Source: Bacteroidales bacterium
Lineage (GTDB): Bacteria > Bacteroidota > Bacteroidia > Bacteroidales > UBA7960
DNA length: 64,000 bases
Assembly (NCBI GenBank): GCA_007134525.1
Contig: SLKR01000045.1
Coordinates: 7,621 to 71,620, forward strand
Reading direction: 5' to 3'
A program made the translations under genes and the position numbers. The notes below the pieces were generated by a model. The model was not told the origin of the DNA. It did not search any database and saw only the letters and a program-made list of their open reading frames with translations. Of the stretch, positions 8,430 to 18,627 are shown in pieces (within the stretch, counting starts at the first letter, position 1; the number at the start of each line of letters is the position of its first letter).

Positions 8430-10843
8430 CTCAGGCGCAGGCTGAAATTTTCCCTGAACCCATCACGTGAATATGGCCCATAACGGTAAACAAATTCAAG
8501 CCCCGGGCTGGTGATACCCGGCCCCAGTAAATTCAGAACTGCCAGGCCGGACTCAATAAATCCCTTTTCTAGTGTTTCAAACCCGGCATTGTGGTGCATA
8601 CTCCTGTCGCCAAAAGTCCCTATCCCAACATTTGTAATCAATACAATTTCAGGAGAGAATCCGGCCTGGCCGAACAACAGCTCTTCGAAACTATGATTCC
8701 AGAACAGGGCAATATACCTGTCGGATACAAACTCATCCGGTCCCATTGTTGCAAAGGAGCCCGGCGCAGACAAACCAAAGCGGCTGTATGCCCCGGGTGC
8801 AGTGAAGCGTTTTGACCATGGAGCTTCGCCCCTGAAATATCCTCCCCTCAGGCTAATACGCTGATGCCCCAACATACGGATGCGGTAATTCGCTTTTAAA
8901 TTCGCCTCTAACCGCAGGTAATCGTATTCCCCTTCAAATATACCGTTAATCCCCTTTGCAATATTAATCATGACTACAGGACTGGTACCCGCAATCCTGA
9001 AAGTGCGTTCAGGAGTATATATGTAGCTATCACCAAAGGTCAGTCTCATCTTCAGACCTGTTTCAAAGAACCTGCTGCCGGAAGGTGTATCCGGGTGTGG
9101 CAAGGGAGCTTCCCCATAAAAATATGAACCTGAATGTGTATGATCCTCGGAGGCTGCATAGGCCCTGAGGGTCAAATAGTTTCTCAGGGTAAGCATCTGC
9201 AGCCATACTGCATGGCTTCTGGCCATATCCAGTGTTTCAAGGTAGTAGCTTCTGAGGTTGGCATCCGAGAACACACCTGAGGAGGAAAGGAATTCTGCAC
9301 CTCCCCTTTCGCTTGTATCATAAACATAATCATAACCAAGCCGCAGATCATTATAACCGGAAAGGAGAAAATTCACACCCCCCCCGTACTTGAACTCACG
9401 GTCGGCAAAGCCATACCCAAAAAGACCCCTGAACTGCAGCCTCCGAGACAGCCTGTCATTGGTTGTAAATGAAACACCGGGCCTGAACCCTTCATGCCGG
9501 TTGTAGCGCAGAAAGCTGGAAACATCCAGGTCAAACGGACCCCTTCTCCTCATTCCAGACATAAGGGCTTCAATTGTACCGATCCGCCTGTCAAGGTCGA
9601 TTACCCCGGAAATACTGTCGAGATAATGATATGTGCTGAGCTCACGACTGTCTAGACTGTCTCTGCGGAAATCCTTCCAGAAACCATTATCCAATGTTAC
9701 AGTACCCGGGGAGAACTCCATCTGGTATGGGGAGAAATCACGCCGCCTCAGATTAAGCCCCGTTTCTATATCCTGAATATATGTTCTGCCATTACCTGTT
9801 ATTTTAAATCCATGTATCTCCGGCAGGTTGAATATTTCGAAGTCGGTATTGAGCTGGGTTGGGAACCAGCGATCGCCGTCAACAATCTCATAGTTCTGCT
9901 GTATCCTTACATTTGAGTCCTCCCCGCCCCGGGCAGGCTCAGCAATTACCGACTGCAAGGCCCATCCGTTTGTATTTATATACATAACTCCCTTCAGGCC
10001 CTTAAAGTTCCTTCCGAGGGAAGGCCTGTAGGATATTACAAATACCGAGTCATTATTTGCGGTGTAGGTGGTATCTTCGAGGTTGTAAAAATAACGCAGG
10101 GTACTTCCAGGGGCAAGCGGACTAAGATAACTGTCTCCCAGTACATTGATATAATCGTCATAAAAAGAGAACGACTGTATCTGCGAAATAAAAAGCGCAA
10201 ACGCCGGATGATTCGTTCCTGATATCCTTGAGGCAAGAACGGTCTCATTATTAAGCCCTGGGTAACGGTACTTACGGTTAGTTACCATTTCCATCATGAA
10301 AAAGTGCCTCTGGCTGAGATACTCCGATATTCTGGCAGCCAGACTGTCGGCAGCTGACAGGCCTCCAATCCCTGTGGTCATTTCTATTTCACCACTGAAT
10401 ATAAATTTGTTATATGAGTTATATGCAAATGAAGGTATATTTTCAGGATTGTTGTTTTCCCTTTCCCTGATTGCATTTTCTATGATCCTGTGTGCAGGGT
10501 TTTCTCCGGCCACAACAACGACTTCTGCAAGCTCAACAGCCGAAGGGCGCAACTCAACACTGAGCCAGTCATTATCTGTTCCGGGTATAACCTCCCCGGT
10601 ATCATAGCCGACATAGCTAAAGCGCAGGCTCTCTATTTCACTGCTGTGTTCCAGCATGAAGAATCCGTCAATATCCGTCATCCCACCGGTATTCCCGTCA
10701 TTTATAACTATATTGACAAAGGCAAGAGGCCTGCCGGTAACTGCATCCCTTACCCTGCCCGAAGCAGTGTGAGTCGTTGGCGTCCCCGCATCGCCCTTTA
10801 TGGCCAAAAGGAATACAGCAGTAAAAATCAATATTGAGCGCAT
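8411..10843 (-). CDS. Carboxypeptidase-regulatory-like domain plus DUF5686-type large secreted/outer-membrane protein
   Basis: Signal peptide. N-terminal SGRVRDAVTGRPLAFVNIVI...TDIDGFF beta-sandwich motif. The ~810 aa architecture is common in Bacteroidota. Confidence 0.65.
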   Translation of the reverse strand: MRSILIFTAVFLLAIKGDAGTPTTHTASGRVRDAVTGRPLAFVNIVINDGNTGGMTDIDGFFMLEHSSEIESLRFSYVGYDTGEVIPGTDNDWLSVELRPSAVELAEVVVVAGENPAHRIIENAIRERENNNPENIPSFAYNSYNKFIFSGEIEMTTGIGGLSAADSLAARISEYLSQRHFFMMEMVTNRKYRYPGLNNETVLASRISGTNHPAFALFISQIQSFSFYDDYINVLGDSYLSPLAPGSTLRYFYNLEDTTYTANNDSVFVISYRPSLGRNFKGLKGVMYINTNGWALQSVIAEPARGGEDSNVRIQQNYEIVDGDRWFPTQLNTDFEIFNLPEIHGFKITGNGRTYIQDIETGLNLRRRDFSPYQMEFSPGTVTLDNGFWKDFRRDSLDSRELSTYHYLDSISGVIDLDRRIGTIEALMSGMRRRGPFDLDVSSFLRYNRHEGFRPGVSFTTNDRLSRRLQFRGLFGYGFADREFKYGGGVNFLLSGYNDLRLGYDYVYDTSERGGAEFLSSSGVFSDANLRSYYLETLDMARSHAVWLQMLTLRNYLTLRAYAASEDHTHSGSYFYGEAPLPHPDTPSGSRFFETGLKMRLTFGDSYIYTPERTFRIAGTSPVVMINIAKGINGIFEGEYDYLRLEANLKANYRIRMLGHQRISLRGGYFRGEAPWSKRFTAPGAYSRFGLSAPGSFATMGPDEFVSDRYIALFWNHSFEELLFGQAGFSPEIVLITNVGIGTFGDRSMHHNAGFETLEKGFIESGLAVLNLLGPGITSPGLEFVYRYGPYSRDGFRENFSLRLSYSFLF

Positions 10844-10923
10844 GCTGCAATATATTTTATTTCTTTTGAACAGAGAGCAAAATTTGTATTAATTTTGTAG
10901 AAATCAAAGAATAAAAGGCAACA

Positions 10924-12252
10924 TTGGAAGATCCAGCTGAACCTTATTTGTGCCTGGCAGCACTATTGACTCCAAACTTAACCGGCCTTTCTTTTGAAGC
11001 TATCCCACTGCTGGGCATTATGCTCTTACTGCTTTTTTTCTCAGCCATGGTATCCGGTTCGGAGATAGCTTACTTCTCCCTGACCCATAACCAGATAGAG
11101 AAACTCAGAAAGCATAAAAAGCCAGGTGACAAAAGGGTATTGGCACTCCTGGAACGCCCCAACAGGCTTCTTGCTACAATCCTGATAGCCAACAACATTA
11201 TTAACATTTCGATAATAGTACTTTCTACAATAGTATTCAGGCCTTTGTACGATCAAAACCTGCATCCCATACTTGCCTTCATAATCCAGGTTGCACTGGT
11301 CAGTTTCCTGATACTCCTGCTTGCAGAAATCCTTCCGAAGGTATATGCATCCCGGCACCCCTATTATTTTGCGTCTATTATGGCGCAGCCCCTGCTGATG
11401 CTAAGGAGGATGTTCAGGCCTCTTAGTTCGCTTCTTGTCAAGACAACACGTATCATAGACAAGAGAATGGAGAGAAAGCGGCCAAACCTCAGTATGCATG
11501 AACTTTCGCACGCTCTTGAGATCACCACGGACGAAAGCACCACCGAGGAGGACAAAAACCTGCTGAGGGGAATCGTAAAGTTCGGGAACACCTATGTGCG
11601 TGAAATAATGAAGTCAAGGGTTGACGTTGTTGCGGTTGACCTCAAAACACCATTCCTGGAACTGATTGAAACTATAAGGGATGCCGGCTACAGCAGGATT
11701 CCTGCATACAAGGAGAGCTTTGACAATGTACAGGGAATTCTTTACATAAAAGACGTACTGCCATATACCGACCGCGACAATAGCTTCCGCTGGCAGGATT
11801 TGCTCAGGGAGGCATTCTTCGTGCCGGAAAGCAAGCGGATAAACGACCTTTTGAAGGAGTTCCAGGAAAAGAAGATACATATGGCCATAGTGGTAGACGA
11901 ATACGGGGGGACATCAGGCCTGGTTACCCTGGAGGATATACTGGAAGAAATTGTCGGGGAAATAAATGATGAATTCGACATCGAGGAGGCGGTCTATTCA
12001 AAGATAGACCCTAATACATATGTTTTTGAAGGAAAAACCCTGCTTAAGGATTTCTGCAAGATTACCGGGGTCGAAGATGAGGTGTTTAGCGATATAAAAG
12101 GAGAGGCCGACACCCTGGCTGGGCTCATTCTGGAGATAAAACAGGAAATTCCTTTCAAGGGTGCCAAAATAAATTATGGTCAGTTTGAGTTTGAAATAGA
12201 GGGTGTGGACAAACGCCGGATAAAAAGCATTAAAGTAAGGCGCAAAGAGTAA
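10924..12252 (+). CDS. gldE: Gliding motility-associated protein GldE (CNNM/DUF21 + CBS pair + CorC_HlyC)
   Basis: N-terminal 4-TM DUF21 region (SGSEIAYFSL), CBS region, and a C-terminal CorC/HlyC transporter-associated domain. gldD follows directly. TTG start in the ORF track. Confidence 0.8.
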   Translation: MEDPAEPYLCLAALLTPNLTGLSFEAIPLLGIMLLLLFFSAMVSGSEIAYFSLTHNQIEKLRKHKKPGDKRVLALLERPNRLLATILIANNIINISIIVLSTIVFRPLYDQNLHPILAFIIQVALVSFLILLLAEILPKVYASRHPYYFASIMAQPLLMLRRMFRPLSSLLVKTTRIIDKRMERKRPNLSMHELSHALEITTDESTTEEDKNLLRGIVKFGNTYVREIMKSRVDVVAVDLKTPFLELIETIRDAGYSRIPAYKESFDNVQGILYIKDVLPYTDRDNSFRWQDLLREAFFVPESKRINDLLKEFQEKKIHMAIVVDEYGGTSGLVTLEDILEEIVGEINDEFDIEEAVYSKIDPNTYVFEGKTLLKDFCKITGVEDEVFSDIKGEADTLAGLILEIKQEIPFKGAKINYGQFEFEIEGVDKRRIKSIKVRRKE

Positions 12253-12260
12253 ACTGATCA

Positions 12261-12854
12261 ATGATTGTAATACAATACCCATACAGAACACTATTTATAT
12301 TCCTGCCGGTTTTGTTATTTGCAGCCTGCAGCCAGGACTATTCACCCAAACCCAGGGGCTATATGCGAATTGAACTGCCTCAAAGGGATTATATACGCTT
12401 TGACCTTGATTATCCCTACAGTTTCGAGCATGCCAATTACTCCGTAATGGAGCCGGATACCAGGGCAACTGCCGAAGATTACTGGGCTGACATATACTAT
12501 CCCCAATTCCGTGCGCGTATTCATATGAGCTACAAAACAGTAGAAAACACAGAACAGCTGCAGGGGCATTTCAACGATGCGCGCACCTTTGTTACCCGGC
12601 ACATACCTAAGGCAAGCGCCATTAGGGATGAGATGATCGTGAATGAAAAAGCGAATGTTTACGGAGTGCTTTATCAGATAAGAGGCAGGGAAGCTGCAAC
12701 AGCGCTTCAGTTCTATGCCACAGACAGCCTCCGCCATTTTTTGAGGGGAGCCTTATATTTTAATGTAAGGACCAACAATGATTCACTGTCTCCTGTTATA
12801 GAGCATATAGAGGAGGATATCCGCCACCTTTTCTCCACCCTGGAGTGGGAGTAG
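12261..12854 (+). CDS. gldD: Gliding motility lipoprotein GldD
   Basis: Lipobox LLFAAC followed by PKPRGYMRIELP, the conserved GldD N-terminus. Positioned after gldE. Confidence 0.8.
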   Translation: MIVIQYPYRTLFIFLPVLLFAACSQDYSPKPRGYMRIELPQRDYIRFDLDYPYSFEHANYSVMEPDTRATAEDYWADIYYPQFRARIHMSYKTVENTEQLQGHFNDARTFVTRHIPKASAIRDEMIVNEKANVYGVLYQIRGREAATALQFYATDSLRHFLRGALYFNVRTNNDSLSPVIEHIEEDIRHLFSTLEWE

Positions 12855-12857
12855 CTA

Positions 12858-14267
12858 TCAGGACAACATATTGCTGGCAGTACTTACCTCCACAAACGAA
12901 GGGCCCTCCATTTTACCAAAATTACCGGCAAGCACAGCAACAAGATCCTGTAAGCCGATCTCCTTTTTATCAATCAGGCGTGTCAGGGTAGCCTTAATAA
13001 ACTCCTTTTTTGAAAGCTGTACATCCATATGGTCAGCCATTACACCATAGTTGAGTGCCAGCTCCCTCATAACCCTCGGATTATAGCACTGGGCATAAAT
13101 TGGAACCCTGCCACGGAAAGCGGAAAGGTAACGGGCAGTTTTGCCGGTATCGGTATCGGTAATTATCGCTTTGGTGTTTAGCCGCTGTATTGAACGTACA
13201 GCTGTTTTTGAAAGGAATACCGAGACCTGGTTATCATGAGGCATGACCTTGCTGTCTATAGAAAAGGATTTGTTGCGTTCTGCCTCCCTTACCGCACTGG
13301 TCATCATCTTTACAGATTCAACCGGGTATTTCCCGAAAGCTGTTTCTCCACTGAGCATTACTGCATCAGTACCAGAAAAAACCGCAGTGGCTATATCGCT
13401 CACCTCTGCCCTTGTAGGTCGGGGATTGTCTATCATGCTGTGAAGCATCTGGGTTGCAACAATCACGGCCTTATTACGGCGCATGCACTTTTTTATCATA
13501 CTGTTTTGCATACCGGGGATCTTCTCTGCAGGAACCTCAATTGCCAGGTCCCCCCTGGCTATCATAATGCCGTATACATTGTCAAGTATTTCGTCAATAT
13601 TATCTACCCCCTGCTGATTCTCGATCTTTGCGATTATCTTGATCGGGCTTTTGTGCCTGTCAAGAATTTGCTGTATTTCACGTACATCTTCGCTATTCCT
13701 TACAAAGGAATGGGCTATAAAAGTACAGTTGTGTTCAATGGCAAAGTCTATATACTCCCTGTCCTTTTCATTGATCGCCGGAAGATTAATTTCAGAGCCG
13801 GGCAGGTTGACACTTTTTCGCTCCTTAATATCCCCGCCGTTCTCAACCCTGCAAATCAGATATTCGCTGTGTTTTTCAATGACGGTAAGCTCAATGTCAC
13901 CATCATCTATCATGATCTTTTTCCCTTCCTCAAGACAGTTTACAAAGTCAGGATAATTAACATATATGCACTCAGTTGTTGACTGTTTGTCTTTATGGCC
14001 AGCCACGCGCAAGAGCATCCCCTCCTCAACCCCTATATCCTTTTCGGAATGGTTTGTTCTTACTTCAGGCCCCTTGGTGTCTATCATAAAAGGAATTCTT
14101 TTTGACACCTGATGTACATTCTCAATGATCTTTATTGTCTGTTCAGGTTGCTGATGTGCTGTATTGATCCTGACAACATCCATCCCCTCATTATAAAGCT
14201 TCCTTATAAGGGCAGGATCACATTTTCGGTCAGATATAGTAGCAACTATTTTCGTCAGTTTTTCCAT
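12858..14267 (-). CDS. pyk: Pyruvate kinase
   Basis: TKIVATI, MDVVRINTAH, IDTKGPEVRT, MIARGDLAIE and MLSGETA motifs. The start is set at the MEKLTKIV Met. Confidence 0.95.
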   Translation of the reverse strand: MEKLTKIVATISDRKCDPALIRKLYNEGMDVVRINTAHQQPEQTIKIIENVHQVSKRIPFMIDTKGPEVRTNHSEKDIGVEEGMLLRVAGHKDKQSTTECIYVNYPDFVNCLEEGKKIMIDDGDIELTVIEKHSEYLICRVENGGDIKERKSVNLPGSEINLPAINEKDREYIDFAIEHNCTFIAHSFVRNSEDVREIQQILDRHKSPIKIIAKIENQQGVDNIDEILDNVYGIMIARGDLAIEVPAEKIPGMQNSMIKKCMRRNKAVIVATQMLHSMIDNPRPTRAEVSDIATAVFSGTDAVMLSGETAFGKYPVESVKMMTSAVREAERNKSFSIDSKVMPHDNQVSVFLSKTAVRSIQRLNTKAIITDTDTGKTARYLSAFRGRVPIYAQCYNPRVMRELALNYGVMADHMDVQLSKKEFIKATLTRLIDKKEIGLQDLVAVLAGNFGKMEGPSFVEVSTASNMLS

Positions 14268-14317
14268 TAAATAACTCCTTTTTATTTTTTTGCACACCCG
14301 AAAGGAATGCATCTGTT

Positions 14318-15562
14318 TTATTCATATCTTAGAGATTCTATGGGGTCAAGGGCTGAAGCCTTTGCAGCAGGATAATAACCGGCAATTACCCCAACGCCGA
14401 AACACAGCAATAAACCCGAAATAACCCACACCCATGGTACAATAAAGCTGCTTCCGACTATCATTGATATACCATTCCCGGCAATTATTCCCAAAATTAT
14501 CCCCAGTACCCCGCCTATCTGGCAGATCACAATTGCTTCAGATAAAAACTGTTGCCTGATAACTGCCCTGGAAGCCCCCAGTGCTTTCCGTATTCCGACC
14601 TCCTGGGTACGTTCGGTAACCGAAACCAGCATTATATTCATTAGACCGATGGCAGCACCCAAAAGTGTAATAAGCCCTATGACCGTTGCGGCAATTGTAA
14701 CGAAACTTATGTTCTCTATAAGGGCCTGTGCGATATTGTCACTCTTGGCCATGTCAAAACTATTGGGTTCCCCTACCCTAAGACCCCTTATAATCCTAAA
14801 AAGCCCTGTGGCCTCATCTATAGCCTCTTCAAGCGTTTCCATCCCGAAAGTGGAAACATTAATGGTATAATTCATATTCGGCCGAGAGAAATTTTGCCTC
14901 AGGGTCATGTAGGGTATTATACAATTGAGGTCTTCTGAGAAACCCAGGCCGCTTCCCTGTTGTTCGAAAACCCCAATTACTTCATACCTCATACCTGCAA
15001 TTGAAACTATTGACCCTTGTGGTTCAGCATCTCCCTGGAAAAGAGTGTTTGCCACATCATATCCCAGCAAAACCACTCCGGCACCATACTGCAGTTCCGC
15101 CTGCGAAAAGTTTCTCCCGCTGCTCAGCTCTGAACCGGAGGTAAACAGATAGTTCTCGTCACTGCCAATAATACGTACATTCGGGTTGGTCTCCTGATTT
15201 CCGAACCTGGCAGTGGCAGAACCGCTACCCTGAACACTTATCGAAACATATGCAGGAAAGTCAAACTGCTCTTTGAATGCAACCGCCTGGTCATAGCTTA
15301 TCCTTTCAAATACCTGAGGTGAGCCCCCTCCCGGCTGCACTTGCATTTCCCTGTTTCTAATTGAGAAAGAGTTTGCACCAAGGCGGGCAAAATTGTCGGT
15401 GATAGACAGTTTAATTGAATCAATTGCAGTTAGAATACCCACAAGAGCCATTATCCCGAAAGCAATAATAAGCACTGTGAGAGATGCCCGGAGCATATGT
15501 GCTCTGACCGATACCAGGGCAAGTTTCAGATTTTCAAACAGTACCGCAGGGATTAACTTCAT
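14318..15562 (-). CDS. ABC transporter permease, MacB/FtsX type
   Basis: N-terminal TM, a large periplasmic MacB-like domain and a C-terminal FtsX 3-TM bundle (RKALGASR motif). Confidence 0.85.
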   Translation of the reverse strand: MKLIPAVLFENLKLALVSVRAHMLRASLTVLIIAFGIMALVGILTAIDSIKLSITDNFARLGANSFSIRNREMQVQPGGGSPQVFERISYDQAVAFKEQFDFPAYVSISVQGSGSATARFGNQETNPNVRIIGSDENYLFTSGSELSSGRNFSQAELQYGAGVVLLGYDVANTLFQGDAEPQGSIVSIAGMRYEVIGVFEQQGSGLGFSEDLNCIIPYMTLRQNFSRPNMNYTINVSTFGMETLEEAIDEATGLFRIIRGLRVGEPNSFDMAKSDNIAQALIENISFVTIAATVIGLITLLGAAIGLMNIMLVSVTERTQEVGIRKALGASRAVIRQQFLSEAIVICQIGGVLGIILGIIAGNGISMIVGSSFIVPWVWVISGLLLCFGVGVIAGYYPAAKASALDPIESLRYE

Positions 15563-15579
15563 TGGAGCATGGATTTTAA

Positions 15580-16242
15580 TTAGAGCTTGCTGCCAAAGGC
15601 CAGGTCGCCGGCATCACCAAGACCGGGCACAATATATGCCCTGGCAGTAAGTTCATCGTCAACAGCCCCGAGCCACAGGGTGTAATCTTCGTCGGGCATA
15701 CTCTTTTTAACATACTCAACTCCCTGGTTGGAGGCAAGGATTGAAACAATGTGTGTGTGTACAGGCTTGCCTTTGCCCAACAACTCCTTGTAACTCAGCA
15801 CCATAGAAGCTCCGGTCGCCAGCATTGGATCGCTTAGGATAAGGGTTTTACCTGAAAGCGGAGGGCTCGAAACATATTCAACCTTTATATCAAACCTGCC
15901 ATCTTTTCGGTGTTTGCGGTACGCCGAAATAAAAGCATTCTCTGCCTTGTCAAATGCATTGAGCAGGCCCTGATGCATAGGCAGTCCGGCCCTTAATATG
16001 GTAGCAATAACTGGTTGTTGCTTCAAAACCTCACATGATGCAACCCCCAGGCTTGTAACCACGTCCTTTTTCTCCCAGATTAGCTTTCGGCTGATTTCAT
16101 AGGCAAATATCCATCCTATCCTTTCCATATTGAACCTGAAGCGCAAACTGTCAGTCTGAACATTCTCATCCCGAAGCTCTGACACATACTGGTTTATCAG
16201 CGACGAAGTATTACCCAAAAGGTGGATCTTCGGTTTACCCAT
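15580..16242 (-). CDS. upp: Uracil phosphoribosyltransferase
   Basis: ILRAGLPM, the PRPP loop LILSDPMLATGAS and a C-terminal YIVPGLGDAGD. Confidence 0.9.
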   Translation of the reverse strand: MGKPKIHLLGNTSSLINQYVSELRDENVQTDSLRFRFNMERIGWIFAYEISRKLIWEKKDVVTSLGVASCEVLKQQPVIATILRAGLPMHQGLLNAFDKAENAFISAYRKHRKDGRFDIKVEYVSSPPLSGKTLILSDPMLATGASMVLSYKELLGKGKPVHTHIVSILASNQGVEYVKKSMPDEDYTLWLGAVDDELTARAYIVPGLGDAGDLAFGSKL

Positions 16243-17190
16243 CTAACTTAAGTGTTTTCTGATTTTCAAATAAGAACTCAAAAAAGGTTTTGCCCAAAAA
16301 GGCATTCTGTTAATTCTGATATGCAAAAATACACATTCTATTGATCCGAAGCCACGATAAAATCTGGCCAGATTTGGATCAGACGAACCCTCAAAGTCCA
16401 GAACTGTTTCACTGCCCGAGTTTTCTCTTATGTAATCATCTATAAGCATGCTCATTGCCCCATTCTCGCGTGCTAAAGGAGTTGCCCCTGAAAACAGAAG
16501 GACAGACTTGCCATGGCTTTTGAAAAAAACTATACCGGCACAAAAATCATTTGTGCCGGAGTATGCACACCTGAGGCTTACCATCCCCCTGTGTATCCCT
16601 GCATATATAATATGTTTGAGCACCCGGTAGTCGTTATCGCCAAAAGGGATATTCCTTCTGCCCCGGTTTTGTCTGAACGCCTGAATTATATCTTCCGGCC
16701 TTCCAGTCGATACCGTAAAAACTCCTTTTTTCACGGCCTTATTTATATTGCGTCGTATATTCGCGGAATAGTTCCCCCTTATTCTATCGTATGGTGTTAT
16801 CAGGTCAAGCTCGTATGTCACCCCCCTGCCCGATACGGATGGATAACCCTCCGGAAGGCCATTGAAGGTATTCAGGGTGAACTCTCCGAACATTATATCA
16901 GCAGGGATAGCCTCCAGAAAACGAATGCAGCTCTCCTCTGAAATACTCCTGGTACTGAACAGCCCAAGCTGCTGGATAAAAAAAGGCTGAAAACAATAAC
17001 GTATTCCTGCCTTTTTACGCCAGGGCAAGGGCATTACACTTACATAATCATCCTCAACAAGGGCATCCCACTCTACGGCACACATATCCAGATACCATGA
17101 ATATGCATAGAAGATGCCGTTGACAGCCCTGTCGATACAGCTATCCCATTTTTCGAAGTTAATATCATCATGCCTGATATACCGGATCAT
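16243..17190 (-). CDS. FemAB-like/GNAT-fold acyltransferase family protein (function unknown)
   Basis: MIRYIRHDDINFEKWDSCI N-terminus is typical of a Bacteroidota GNAT/FemAB-like family. The internal Met was chosen. It overlaps the upstream gene by 23 nt. Confidence 0.55.
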   Translation of the reverse strand: MIRYIRHDDINFEKWDSCIDRAVNGIFYAYSWYLDMCAVEWDALVEDDYVSVMPLPWRKKAGIRYCFQPFFIQQLGLFSTRSISEESCIRFLEAIPADIMFGEFTLNTFNGLPEGYPSVSGRGVTYELDLITPYDRIRGNYSANIRRNINKAVKKGVFTVSTGRPEDIIQAFRQNRGRRNIPFGDNDYRVLKHIIYAGIHRGMVSLRCAYSGTNDFCAGIVFFKSHGKSVLLFSGATPLARENGAMSMLIDDYIRENSGSETVLDFEGSSDPNLARFYRGFGSIECVFLHIRINRMPFWAKPFLSSYLKIRKHLS

Positions 17191-18514
17191 AGTTCTTTTT
17201 GTGTCTTGACCAGGCTTCATTGTATATAATCCTGTAAACCTGTTTCCAGCCTTTCCACCTTCCCTGTTCCGACAATGCTTCGTTATGCCACAGGGTGGTA
17301 AAGCAGCCTCCGGCATGTTCTGCTTCACGGAGCAGGTTCAGTGATAGTCTTGTTGCCGCTGAAGGGGAAAGCCCCATATAATCCCTGAGGCTTCCGTCCA
17401 TAACTGCAAGTGGTACCAGTATAAGCGGGGTTTCTTTTTCCGACTCCAGGTCATAGAAAGGAAATGGGCTGCAAATTCCGGCCCTGAAACCAGGCTGTTC
17501 GGCGAAGCCCAGACTGAAGTCATAAAGAATATTGTGCTTAAGCAGTTTCTGGCAGGTATCCGGGAACCTGAGCCTGAGATAGTGTTGCCGGCTGAAAGCA
17601 ATATTCTCCTTCATTATACCGGAAAGCCTGGATATCTCAATTTTCAGCATCCCCGCCTGCTCATTTGATGCATAGCTTGGATGTATTCCTATATGGGCAT
17701 AATCCCCCAGGGTTTTTATAAGCAGGAACAACTCCCTGGAAAAATAGGCAAGGTTCCGGTCGTATGGGCCATAATCACCCAACAGGAAAAAATAAAATGC
17801 CCTGATCCCGCTTTTTTTAAACAGTTCAAGCTGGAAATCATAAGTATCAAACGGATCTTTCTCCCTTCCCGCAAGAACCCTGAAACGCTGTCCAAGCGAA
17901 TGAAGGTCCCTTTGTCCAGCCGATCGCAGTATCCCGAATAAGTTGCGCAACAGTGACCTGCCTTTGTATGCGTAAGCAACATCAACATCGTATGTCGGGA
18001 TAAAGCTGAAGGCTGTGGCATGGAATGGGTAGTCAGGGTACCTTTCAAGTATAAGGTCTTTTATAATAAGGGCATAGCGGTTAACTACCGCTTTGTCCAG
18101 AAACCCGTTCTTGTAGGCAAGGGATGCGGATGCCGGGAAACGCCCGTGCTCATCAGCAGAATGGGGAAGATACTCTTCGTAGCGGCTTACAAGATAAAAA
18201 CCGGCCGACAATATATCGAACCCTAAGTCATAATTCTTGCCACTGACAGGGAAAAGTTCAGGCATATCACTGCCACCACCTATTTGCGGCCTGAATGCCG
18301 ATACCCCCCTTTCCATAAGGAAACCATGTGAGGGCACAGAAATACCGCCCAACTCCGGTCCGGCCATGCCATATGATATCTTCGGCCCGCCATATCCCGA
18401 AAAATCATCTTTTGTGTGGGTCAGCTTCCACTCCGCCCCAAGAAGCCTTCCCAGAAGCAGTGAAAGAATGTACTCAAGCCTGTTAGACCTTTTGTGGCTG
18501 TATACAAGTATCAT
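17168..18514 (-). CDS. Polysaccharide-deacetylase-like family protein
   Basis: MILVYSHKRSNRLEYIL N-terminus and a C-terminal ...TLWHNEAL region, as in proteins annotated as polysaccharide deacetylase family in Bacteroidota. Assignment is from memory only. Confidence 0.5.
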   Translation of the reverse strand: MILVYSHKRSNRLEYILSLLLGRLLGAEWKLTHTKDDFSGYGGPKISYGMAGPELGGISVPSHGFLMERGVSAFRPQIGGGSDMPELFPVSGKNYDLGFDILSAGFYLVSRYEEYLPHSADEHGRFPASASLAYKNGFLDKAVVNRYALIIKDLILERYPDYPFHATAFSFIPTYDVDVAYAYKGRSLLRNLFGILRSAGQRDLHSLGQRFRVLAGREKDPFDTYDFQLELFKKSGIRAFYFFLLGDYGPYDRNLAYFSRELFLLIKTLGDYAHIGIHPSYASNEQAGMLKIEISRLSGIMKENIAFSRQHYLRLRFPDTCQKLLKHNILYDFSLGFAEQPGFRAGICSPFPFYDLESEKETPLILVPLAVMDGSLRDYMGLSPSAATRLSLNLLREAEHAGGCFTTLWHNEALSEQGRWKGWKQVYRIIYNEAWSRHKKNYDPVYQA

Positions 18515-18627
18515 TTTGTACCAGGTACTTTTTTGGTAAAGATAAAGCATTTTGCTGTCTCCCGGGGTGAGAACATATAGTTTTCGCAACAGTATCACCA
18601 AAGTACTTGTGCAAGCTTTAATGAAAC

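Noticed and set aside
13236-13982. Very long antisense ORFs opposite well-supported genes: 248 aa opposite pyk (13236..13982), 207 aa opposite ansA (47714..48337), 204 aa opposite the M16 gene (53963..54577), 203 aa opposite phoA (25192..25803), 199 aa opposite dusB (59235..59834) and 193 aa opposite moeA (29216..29797).
   Set aside because: In every case the sense strand encodes a protein with unmistakable family motifs along its full length. The antisense translations are low-complexity (rich in S, P, L, I, F or C) with no recognisable motif, signal or start context. Such shadow ORFs are expected by chance from the codon bias of the real gene.
16243-18601. In the raw ORF track, 16243..17328 and 17168..18601 overlap by 161 nt, which might indicate a frameshifted single gene.
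   Set aside because: Both proteins have good internal Met starts (MIRYIRHDD at 17190, MILVYSHK at 18514). These match the N-termini I remember for the two families and reduce the overlap to 23 nt. No frameshift is needed.
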